DNA of 64,000 bases. Source: Squalus acanthias (taxonomy: Eukaryota). Both the position numbers and the translations under genes were made by a program. The stretch covers positions 164,486,001 through 164,550,000 of the forward strand of contig CM059426.1 in assembly GCA_030390025.1 (NCBI GenBank). Direction: 5' to 3'. Positions 13,001 through 25,000 of the stretch are shown piece by piece (position 1 is the stretch's first letter; every line of letters begins with the position of its first letter). The notes beneath the pieces were generated by a model. The model was given only the letters and a program-made list of their open reading frames with translations, ran no database searches and was not told where the DNA came from.

Positions 13001-16000
13001 TCACCCTTCACCCGTGATCGCTGACCTCTACTGGCTCCCGGTCTGGTAACATCTCGACTTTAAAATTCTCATCCTGGTTTTCAAATCCCTCCATGGTCTC
13101 ACAACTCCCTATCTTTGTAACCTCCTCCAGCCCTACAACTCGCCAAGATCTCTGCGCTCCTCCAATTCTGCCCTCTTGCGCAACTCAGATTTCCTTCGCT
13201 CCACATTGGCGGCCATGCCTTCAGCTGCCTAGGCCCCAAGCTCTGGAATTTCTTCCCTAAAGCCCTCTGCTTCTACCTCCCTCACCTCCTTTAAGATGTT
13301 CTTTAAAACCTACTTCCTTGACCAAGCTTTTGGTCACCTGTTCGAATATCCCCTTTTGTAGGTCAGTGTCAAAATTTCTACTTTGCAGATTGACAGGTAT
13401 AACTGGAGATTTCAAAGAAAGACATCGAACACGGACGTATAGATAGATAGAGATGCATATTTATTTAGTAACGTTTTTACTACAGCTAGAATATATGTGG
13501 AGAAGACGTGATGTGATTTATATCCGATGACTATTAACTGATGGGCAGGTCCAGTGGTTTACAATGGCTAGATTAAGTCAAATTTCCTTAATTTAATTGT
13601 GAAATCCTGACCAGCATTTCAGGGATCTCATTCCAGAATTCCATCCTTTCGTCTACAAAAAGCACAGTTCATTAGGGTTACTCATGAGTAAATGTTGCAA
13701 GTAAGTTATGATCACTGTCACATACAGGCCACAAATCATACCCAATGGCTCACATATAATGTATGTCATGTTAGGAAAGTGTTTTTAAAAAATCAGATTG
13801 CATTTATATGCAGCTCAAATTCAGTGGTTAATGTGGGTGAGAATTAAGTGGAACAGCACTCAAGTTCTTAAGTAAAGTAAGCAGTCATATTTTCAGTCTT
13901 TGATACTTACTCTGCTTTTAAAGTATGTTATTCTTGTGCATGAGTATGTCCTACCTGCACATGGAAGTCTATACTACCCCCCTTCCACATCCCACAACCA
14001 CCCATCCCATGAAATAGAGCTGTTCTAAATTTCATTATGGAGGTGGCTCCTGCACAAAAGACAGCACGGGCCACGTGCACCAAACTCTTGCCATGGTGAC
14101 GTAAAGGCGAGTAAAAGCAAGGATTTTAGAGTTACATTCTTGCAAGGCTTAGGTAATTTTACTGTTTTAATTTAGCTGGTTAACAAGGAATAAAAATGAA
14201 CTTAGATATTCAGAAGCACCAAGATCAAATAGGATAACTACTTTCATCAGTACAATGATCTTAAGAATAGCAGATGCATGGTTGAAAAATTGTAAATTTA
14301 ACACAGATTTGAAGCAGTACTTCTTTACAGAGTGATCAACATCTAGAAGGGGTTTCCAGGAACAGAGGCTGTGGACTCATTAGGAAGCAGCTAGGTTCAT
14401 GGTAGATTTTGTATCCTGGAAGGATTAGATCAAATGGACTGTAGGACCTTTTTCACCAAAACCAATCATATAGTCTGGCTATGATTCCTTTCTCTGCTTT
14501 TCAGTCAAAAATTAATTTACAAAAAAGTTAGCTCCTGTTGAGTGTTCATTAAAGAAGGGATTCCCTTATCCACTGTGCTAAATACAGATTTGAAGCAGAG
14601 TAGAAGATTCAATGGGATGAAGATTGGGTTCTACAATGGGCGGCCAGATTACTGCCCAGGTGAAAGTGAAGTTACCCCTATGGTACCTCTTCGTAGTTGT
14701 AAACCAAATTAAAATACTTTGTGCTTTGTTGCTGAATTAAAGTAATTACAATAACAAATATCATGAATTAGAGAATGGGAGCAGTTCCATATTTCTACCC
14801 TGATACTGAATTTTATGCACAGAGTTTCCACTTTCCAGTTAGGAGGCAGAACTAGAATCATGACCGACAGCTACAGAATCTGAAGTCTTGGTTGCATCAG
14901 TGTAATTAAATACATATGCAAATAAACTTCAAAAGATAAAATGTCTTCATGGAAGCTATAACTTTACAAAATACAACTATGAAAATCCTTCTTGTAAAGA
15001 ACAATTGATGGGCAGTTAAATCGGACCGTTTGGTTTTCACAATTGCTTTTGAATTTATATTTCAGGAATTCATATACATTTTAAAACGAGAGCTGGCACG
15101 GACTCGATGGGCCGAATGGCCTCCTTCTGTGCCGTTATGACTATGACTATATATCATTAAATTATTGCATTATTGGCTCTACAGCAAATGCAACTTTTTT
15201 TTTTTTACTGGTAGTCAGTTGTGTTTTTATCCAGATCTCATTTGCATTGCATTGCTGGTTGCCCTTGTGAAGACAGAAGAATTCCTTAAGGTTAGGCTGC
15301 ATCTTAACTTTTTCCTCTGCTATAATGATCCTGCTTCTTTCCTATCAATTCCTGTCTGCCATAACTTTCCCCTTCATTACACAAAAAGAAACCTTCTCTT
15401 AGGCAGTCCCTCGGAACCGAGGATGACTTGCTTCCACATTAAAAATGAGTTCGCAGGTGACTGATGAGTCCAATGCGGGACCTACAGTCTCTGTCACAGG
15501 TGGGGCAGACGGTGGTTGAAGGGGCAGGTGGGTGGGGTGCGTGGGTTGACGTGCGCTCCTTGCGCTTGGCTTCCACTTGCTCCCGGCGAAGCGACCGAGG
15601 TATTCGGCGCCTTCCCGGATGCTTCTCCTCCACTTTGTGCGGTCTTGGGCCAGGGATTCCCAGGTGTTGGTGGGGATGTTACACTTTTTCAAGGAGGCTT
15701 TGAGGGTGTCCTTGAAGCGTTTCCTCTGCCCACCTGGGGCTCTTGCTGTGCCGGAGCTCCGAGTAGAGCACTTGTTTTGGGAGTCTCGTATCGGGCATGC
15801 GGACGATGTGACCCGTCCATCGGAGCTGATCGAGCGTGGTCAAAGCTTCGATGCTGGGGGATGTTGGCCTGAGCAAGAACATAGACGTTGGTGCACCTAT
15901 CCTGCCAATGGATTGGCAGGATCTTGCGGAGGCAGCGTTGGTGGTACCTCTCCAGTGCTTTGAGGTGCCTGCTGTCAAACCTTTTCTTTCACAATGCTGT

Positions 16001-19000
16001 CTGTACTGAACAACTGACATCCACTCCAACAATCAATCACAGGAGTGAGGTTATTATGGGTCCTGTAAATAAGCATTGCAGCAGTTTTTTCTTTTTAAAA
16101 TATACGCAAATGCTCAGTGAACCACCTTGACTGAAAAAATAATTAGAATCAGCTAAAATTAACCTAGGAAAATAATTAAATTTACAGACATTCGTGAGCA
16201 CAAAAGTTTGGGCTAATTAGAGCCAGTCAACATTGATTTGTAAAGATATCATACTTGACTAACATAATTGAATTATTTGAAGAAAACCCCAAGTGCGATG
16301 GACAAAGGGAATGCAGTGGATGCGGTATATTTGGACAAAGTGCCACTTAAAGAGACCTGTTGTGAAGATTTAGGTTAGTATTAAAGGCAAAGTAGTAGCA
16401 TGGACAGAAAGCAGAGAGTAGGATAAATCTAACCCAGACAATTACTGATCCATCAGCCTCCTCCTAATTGTCAAAGTGATAGAAGGAGTCATCAATAATG
16501 CAATCAAGTGATACCTAATTACCAATAACCTGCTCACCGATGCTCAGTTCGGGTTCTGCCAGAACCACACTGCTCCAGACATGGACGCAAAAGCTGAATG
16601 CCAGAGGAGAATTGTTGCCCTCGACATTAAGGTCGCATTCAACCAATTATGGCACTAAGGAGCCCTAGCAAAACTAGTCAATGGAAATCAAAGGGAAAAC
16701 CCCTCTAGTGGGATAGGGCAGGAAAGTGGAGTTGAGGTCGAAGATTAGCCATGATCTTGTTGAATGGCAGAGCAGACTCGAGGGGCCGTATGGCATACTC
16801 CTGCTCCTCTCATCTTAGGTTCCTCTCCTCTGTTCTTAGGTTCTAGTGGCTGGAGGCATACCTGATGCCAAAGGAAGATGGTTGTGGTTGTCAAAGACCA
16901 GTCATTACAGCTTCAAAAAGTCACTGGAGGAGTTCTTCGGGGAAGGTTTATCAGCCGATCGATCTTCAGCTACTTTATCAATAACTTTCCTTCCGTAAGG
17001 TCAAGAGTGGAGGTGTTTGTGACGATTCCACAATGTTCAGCTCTATTCACATTTTCTCCAATAACCAAGCTGCCCATGCTAGCCTACAGCAGCACTGGAT
17101 AACATCCAGACTTTGTCTTACAAGTGGCAGCTAAAATTTGCATTACACAAGTGCCAGGCAATGACCATCTGGCGAGAGCAAGCCCAGTCATCACCCCTTG
17201 ACCATTAACAGCAGCACCATCGCCAAGTACCCCACCATCAACATCCTGGAGGCCACCGCTGATCAGAAGCAGAGTTGGACCAGCCATATCAACACCGTGG
17301 CTGCAACACCAGGGCAGAGATTGGGTACACTGACAAGTGGCTCACCTCTTGACCTCTCAAAGCCTCTCCATCATCTACAAGGCTCATCAGGAGTGTGATG
17401 GAATAATCGCCACTTACCTGGATGGGTGCAGCCGCAACAGCACTCAAGAAGCTCAACACCATTCAAAACAGAGCAGTTTGCTTTATTGGTACTCCTGCCA
17501 CTGGACTCAAGATCCACCCCCTGCACACTGTGGCTGCAGTATGCATGATCTACAGAATGCACTGCAGCAACTCATCAAGGTTACTTCAATACTCATGTTC
17601 AGTGAGCCACCCCCACCAAATAAATAACTAGAATCACCATTGGAGCACTTCCCTCCACTGTGATCTCTAAAACAGATAAGAACATGAGCAGCAATGTCAT
17701 GTGGAAATGATCACCTCCAACTCACGCCATCTTGAACCAAACAGATATTGCCATTTCTTCATCGTCACTGGGTCAATATCCTGGAACTCCCTATCTAACA
17801 ACATGGTCCTCCAACAAGGATTGCAGCGGTTCAATGAGAAGGCTCATCACCGCCTTCTCAGGGCAACTGAGAAGAGCAATAAATGCAGCACAAGAAATAT
17901 TGCTTGACTGCTGCAAAAGACAAGGATATCAGGGAAGAATGAATATAAATTAAAACTACTTTAAAAACTAGGGCTGCATTCAGTAGAGCACAGAAGGTTA
18001 AGGGGAATGTAATAGGTTCAAAGTTTTGAAAAGGTCTGAGGAATAATATGATCATTTCCATTTGGGCAACAACTTAGGATTATTTCCAAAAAATTGAAAG
18101 GGGAAGAAATTTTAAAAGGAAATACTTTCAGTTACTAGAATATGAAATGCACAACACTGGTAGCTATTGGAACAAGCAGAGCATTTAAGAAAAAAAATTA
18201 ACAGTTGAAGAGGAAATATATTAAAGGATATAGGGAAAATGAAGTTATAGATAACTCCAATATGGTGCTTGCCCTGGCATAGCATGATATGCCAAATGGC
18301 CACCTCTTATGGTGAAATCTGTATTATTCAACAATCCACTCTACGTGAACAAATTTATTAAGCCAACAAAAGAAAATGCATTCAACATGCAGAATCATAC
18401 AATTTTAAAAACTGTCAAGTGTTTCACAAATTCAGTGTCATTAGTAAGTGAAGCTCAGATCTAAGCAGTGCAATTGGCGAATATGAATTTGTTTCCTCCC
18501 CTGTCCCAAATACATACACAGAATATGTAACTTATACATTGGTTAGTCACACAAGCAATCAGTATACATTTGGAGATTATGCAAAACTGTGAAGCAGAGC
18601 ACGGTCATTTGGAAGCAAAAACTGAAAATCACATCCTATTATCAATCAATCAATCCACCAGCTAAAACTACTGCTGATTGCACAGCCTAGAAATACACAG
18701 GCAGAATTCATTAACAACGGAAAAGGATTACCCATTTTGTCAATCATTTCGAACATGCTCACAAATGAATCATATTCTTGGCAATGTCTTTTGTGCATGA
18801 AAAATGGGAGCGTGCTCACATCTGGCAACAGAATTTATTAAACCAAAGCAAGAATTTCAAAACCTTCTGCCTTTGTATTCTGCTTTGCATCATAACAAAA
18901 TGGGACAACGTGCTTTTGTGTGGTCCACACTGTGCTCAGCATTCCACACGAACCTGCAAAGAAAGAAGCGCTCCGGATGAGCTGGAGTGGGCCTGGGTCA

Positions 19001-22000
19001 GTGGGACACAGTAGCAGTTTGCTGCCACAAACCAGCAAACGACCTAATGGTAAAAATGGGGGTGAAAAAATACCAGTGACTATAACCACACAGAAAAACA
19101 CAAATTGTAATAGAAGCAATTAAAATGCTTGTATCCACCCTTACCCAGGTTATTGCCAGTACGAAAGTTACTGCTACCATTCTGACTAGGACATGGCTTT
19201 CCAGTGGTGTTTTCTTGGTTGATGTATTCAAAACTATCTTGCAGCCTGCAAAACATTGATCCAAATAAGGATTATGTAGAAAAGCACACAAAAGGCATAT
19301 TTCTGAATTGGTTTAGATATTGATTAAAAAAAAGTAATTCTCCTAATGGCTTAGTTGGTGACATGTGTGTGTAACTGATCCATACAGGCCAGAAAGGGCT
19401 CTGGTTTGATCCACAATCCATACGGAATTAGAAATGCCTTCCTTAAAATTTATGATGGAAATATCTTAGATAGTTTCTGACCAGCCTAAGAGCACCAAGA
19501 CAACTTTGTCATAAGTAGAAAGGAAGTATTCTCATTTTATGGCCTCAATAGTGATGGACAGGTTAAGTTGCCAAAGCGTTTCAACCTCACCCCCTTTAGG
19601 TTATAAGCAAGGCAGTTTTGCTTAAATTTTTTTGATTTAAAAAAAAAAAGTATTTTTTTATAAAATAACAATTCAGCTCAAAGAAGTTTTAGTTATAGCA
19701 AGTTAACTTAGTCACAAAAGCTTTCAAAATGTAAGAATCACAGCAACAGTTAAAAAGAGAGAGAAGCTGCCTGATAAATTGGGGACAAATGTGAAGGAAT
19801 CAGAGGACAACCATGATACCATAATCAACACATTATAGAGAGATGCAATTAACACATTGTAGAGAGATCGAAACAGTTTGCTTCAGAGCAGTATTCACCT
19901 TGAAGCAATTGTGAGATTTGGAGCAAAGGTGGTGAAAGCCTTTCTACTAATACAACAGACTTGGATAGAAATCATAAAATATTGTACGGTTAAGCTGCCA
20001 AACAAATGTAAGAGACTACCCATAGTATTATTCAACAACAAATATTGAATTGACTGAGGGACAGGATGTTAAATTGATTCCAGCTGAGGTTGTACTACTG
20101 TAACGTTGAAATGAGTTACGGCACTTTAGCAGACATAGTTACATTATAACAAACTATTGCAACAACCGCTCACAATGAAGCAATCTAACCACAAATGAGT
20201 AACTGAATTGGGAAATGTCTGTAATCAGGGACTTAGTTTCCCAGGCATTCAATTGTCCAATGGTGATCCATCTAGCATTGAGGGCAGGATGGCTGAACGA
20301 TTTGTAGATATGAACAATTGTTTCCTTACACATTAGGAAGGAAACTAGGTGTAAAGGAGTACTGGACCTAGTTTTTAGTCATGACCTTGATGTGTGATCA
20401 GACCTCCATCTTATGAAGCACCTCGGCAACAGTGACCATATTATTAGATTTAACGATCAGAAAACCAAGGCTACTGAAAATTTAATGTAGACCAGATTTT
20501 AAGAGGGCTAAATTTGCAAAGATGGCAGATGATTTGAGCAAGATTGATTGGGCAGTTTTACTAGGCAGGAATAATAGCAACGCTGAAGATAAATGGAATG
20601 CTTTTAAAGCTATCTTTATGCAAACGGAAGCCATGTATGGCCCTAGAGTTGAAAGGGCACATGGTAAAACAAACCAAATTGGCTAATTGGTCATGCTCAA
20701 AAGATAAATTAGACTTAAGCAGAAATACTTACAGGCTTAAGGAAAATAATTCTCAGGAGAACAAAGATAGGTATCAAAGTCAGCTCAAGGTAACAAAAGT
20801 GGCTATCTAAGCCGCTAGAAAGGACACTGAAGAGGTCAGAGGTTAGGTGTGATAGTAATAGCAAGGTCTTTTTCAGCTAGGTTAGGAGTCAGAAGGCCAT
20901 TAAAGGACTACTGAGGGATTCTTCAGGGCACATTCAAGTGAGCTCCCAGGATACGGCAGATGTTTTAAATAACTACTTTATATCAGCCTTTGCTACTAAA
21001 GATAATGCTGTATTATCAATAAATCATAGGATTGATACTATAATTGAAAGTGTCAAAGTAGATGGGACAAGATGACAGAGTGGTTAAGGCGATGGGCTGC
21101 TAATCCATCATGCTTTGTAGGCGTGGGTTTGAATCCCATCCTTGTCAACTATTTGAGGTGTCAGTCGCGTCTCAGTGGGTAGCACTCTGGTCTCGGATGC
21201 TGAAGATTGTGGGTTCAAGTCCCACTCCAGAGACGAGAACGAATTCTAGGCTGCCACTCCCATTGCAGTACTGAGGGAACGCTGCACTGACAGAGGTGCC
21301 GTCTTACAGATGAGATGTTAAAGTGAGGCCCCGTCTGCCCTCTCAGGTGGCACTATTTGAAAAAAGTGTCCTGGCCAATATTTATCCCACAGCCAACATC
21401 ATTAGAACAGATTGTCTGGTCTCATGTGCATATATAGAAATTGAGTCAGGATAGGATCTAGCTTAGCATTAATGTTCCCCACAGTCAACTAGCCTGCCAC
21501 TGTTTGGACTCCAAAATGAATTAAAGGCACTTTGGAGAGGTATTGGGATTTGCCAGAAGCCTCGGAGCCATGTGCCAGATTTAGGAACCACCTCAAAGAG
21601 CTGAGGGACAGAAAAAGGGACAAAGAAACACAATGAAATTTCCACAGTGACACTGAACATCAGGACCCATCCACTGCTTCTTTAATGTGGCTAACATGAA
21701 AGGGAATCTAAAGGTCTTCTATAGGCATAGTAATAGTAAAAAGGTTGTCAGAGGAGCGGTGGGGCCGATTAGGGACCGAAATGGAGAACTTTGGTGGAGG
21801 CAGCAGGCATGGCTGAGGTACTAAATAAGTACTTTGCCAAAGCTATGGTAAATTAGGAGGTTGCTGGGATACGAGGGGAGATAAAAATAGATGAAAGGCT
21901 GGCATGGGTGAGTCACTCAGTCCGGATGGGATGCATCCTAGGATGCTGAGGGAAGTAAGGGTAGAAATTGGGGAGGTGCTGGCCACAATCTTCCAATCCT

Positions 22001-25000
22001 CCTTAGATATAGGGGTAGTGCTGGAGGATTGCAAATTTTACACCCTTGTTCAAAAAAGGGGAGAAGGATAAACCTGGCAATTACAGGCCAGTCAGTTTAC
22101 CGCCAGTGGTGGGGAAGTTTTTAGAAACAATAATCCAGGAGAAAATTAACCACTTGGACAAGCATGGACTAATAAAGGAGAGCCAGCATGGATTTGTTAA
22201 GGGCGAATCGTGTTTGACTAACTTGATTGAGTTTTTTGATGAGGTAACAGAGCGGGTGGATGAGGGCAGTGCAGTTGATGTGTATATGGTCTTTCAAAAG
22301 GCATTTGATAAAGTACCACATATTAGGCCTTTAAGCAAAAGTGGGGCAGTAGCAGCAGCATAGATACAAAATTGGCTAAGGGATAAAAAACAGAGTTGTG
22401 GTGAATGGCTGTTTTTCGGACTGGAGGGAGGTATACAGTGGCGTTCTCCAAGGTTCAGTACTAGGACCACTGCTGTTTTTGATGTACATTAATAACTTGG
22501 AGGTACAGGGCACAATTTCAAAATTTGCAGACATGAAACTTGGAAGTGTAGTAAACAGTGAGGAAGATAGTAATAGACTTCAAGAAGACATAGTCAGGCT
22601 CGTGGAATGGGCGGCCACATGGCAAATGAAATTCAACACAGAAGTATGAGGTGATACATTTTGGTAGGAAGAATGAGGAGAGACCATACACACTAAATGG
22701 TACAATTTTAAAGGGGTGCAAGAACAGAGAGACCTGGGGGTGCTCGTGCACAAATCTTTGAAGGTGGCAGGGCAGGTTAACAAAGCATATGGGATCCTGA
22801 GCTTTATAAATAGATGCAATCAGTACAAAAGCCAGGAAGTTATACAAAACCTATATTAAACATTAATTTGGCCCCAACTGGAATAGTGTGTCCAATTCTG
22901 AGCACCACTCTTTGGAAAGGATGTGGTGGCTTTGGAGAGGGTACAGAAGAGACTTACTAGAATGGTTCTAGGGATGAGGGATTACAGTTACATGGATGGA
23001 CTAGAGATGCTGGTTGTTCTTCTTGGAGCAGAGAAGGCTAAGAAGAGGTTTGATAGAGGTGTTTAAAATCATGAAGGGTTTAGATAGAGTAAATGAAGAG
23101 AAATTGTTTCCAATGGCTGAAGGGTTGATAATGAGGGCACAGATTTAAGGTAATTAGCAAAAGGACCAGAGGCGACATGAGGGGAAACTTTTTTTTTTTT
23201 ACGCGAGTGGTTAGGATTTCGAATGGACTGCCTGTTAGGTTGGTGGATACAGATTCAATAGTAGGTTTCAAAAGGGAATTAGATAAATACTTGCAGAAAA
23301 AATTGCAGGGACATGGGGAAAAAGCAGGGGGGGGGGGGGGGGAGTGGGACGAACCGGATTGCTCTTCGAAAGAGCTGGCAGAGACTCGATGGGCCGAATG
23401 GCCTCCTTCTGTGCTGTACTATTCTATGATTCTAGATGCAGATTTAGTCCTGGCTAGAATTATTGATCTCAAAATGAATCAAGCAGTTGGCCCGAAGGTG
23501 CTCAAAGAAATAGGGGTTGTGCTTGGTGAGCCACTTGCTCACATATTCAGTAACTCAAGGGTTTAGAATTATTCTCATGGACTGGATCGAGGCCCATGTG
23601 GTGCTTATATTTAAAAAGGGCAATAAGTCAGAACTAGGAAATTACCAGCCCATTAGTTTAGCTTTGGTTATAGGAAAGTTAGCAGAAGGGATCATTAGAG
23701 ATACTCAGTAAGACCACCATGACAGAAGAGGTTATTAGGAAATCTCAATATGGCTTCTGGAAAAGGTGGCCCTGTCTCACCAACCCAGTTGACACTTTTG
23801 CTGAAGTTGGTGGACATTGGAAGCCCAGTTGATAGTTTAGCCTGATTTTCAAAAAGCATTTGACATGATGACATAAAAGACTGCTAAATAAGGCTGAAGC
23901 CTGTAGAATTAGAGAGTGTAGATATTGGGTTGGATAAGGAACTGGTTGCATCCCCACAGAAGGCATGCATGTCCTTTCTCAGATAAGGAGACCAAAACTG
24001 TGCACAGTACTCCAGGTGTGGTCTCGTCAAAGCCCTGTACAATTGCAGTAAGACTTCCTTACTCTTGCACTCAAACCCCCTCGCAATAAAGGCCAACATG
24101 CCATTTGCCTTCCAATTGCTTGCTGTACCTGCATGCTAACTTTGTGTTTCCCTGTACGAGGACACCTAAATCTCCCTGAACACCAACATTTAATCATTTC
24201 TCACCATTTAAAAAATATTCTGTTTATCTATTCTTCCTACCAAAGTAAATAACCTCACACTTCCACACCTTGTACTCAATCTGCCACCTTATTGCCCACT
24301 CACTTAACCTGTCTATATCCCTTTGCAGGCTCTTTGTGTCCTCCTCACAGTTAATACTTTCCCACCTAGCTTTGTATCAGCAGCAAACTTGGATACATTG
24401 CACTCGGTCATTAATATAGATTGTGAATAGCTGAGGCCCAAGCACTGTTCCTTGCGGCACCTCATTAGTTACAGCCCGACAACCGGAAAATGATCCATTT
24501 ATCCTTACTCTCTGTTTTCTGTCTGCTAACCAATCCTCTATCCATGCTAATATATTACCCTCAACCCCATGAGCTTGTGTGGCAACCTTGTATGCGGCAC
24601 TTTATCGAATGCCTTTTCGAAATCCAAATATACTACATCCACTGCTTCCCCTTTATCTAGCCTGCTAGTTACATCCTCAAAAAACTAAAATTTGTTTAAC
24701 ACTATTTCCCTTTCATATAACCATGTTGACTCTGCCTAATCAGATTATGATTTTCCAAGTGCTGTTACCAATTCCTTACTAATGGATTCCAGCATTTTCC
24801 TAGACGACTGAGGTCAGGCTAACTGGCCTGTAGTTCCCCGTTTTCTCTTTCCCTCCTTTCTTGAATTGCGGGGTTACATTTGCTACCTGAAAAGTGTGAT
24901 TCACTAAGCTTAGATGTTTGAATATTACAACTGTCAATCACCATATGCACTGTGCATAGATTTGCAAAACTCCACATTCTAAAATCAGAGATACTTCAGT

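Larger units (their letters stand above)
11105..13372 (+). mobile_element. L2 LINE RT/3' fragment hosting two nested insertions
   Basis: [16 protein letters not shown]...SLQS resumes as [10 protein letters not shown] after 11977; L2 resumes again at about 12805. Confidence 0.88.
20225..23940 (+). mobile_element. Old CR1 ORF2 remnant split into 20225-21064 and 23433-23940 by a composite insertion
   Basis: Left part reads ...[11 protein letters not shown]; right part continues [15 protein letters not shown]...[18 protein letters not shown]. Confidence 0.65.

Noticed and set aside
21066-21147. Functional tRNA-Ser gene
   Set aside because: B box/T-loop mutated (TTTGAA), acceptor-stem mismatch, altered D-arm and discriminator, and embedded within repeats.
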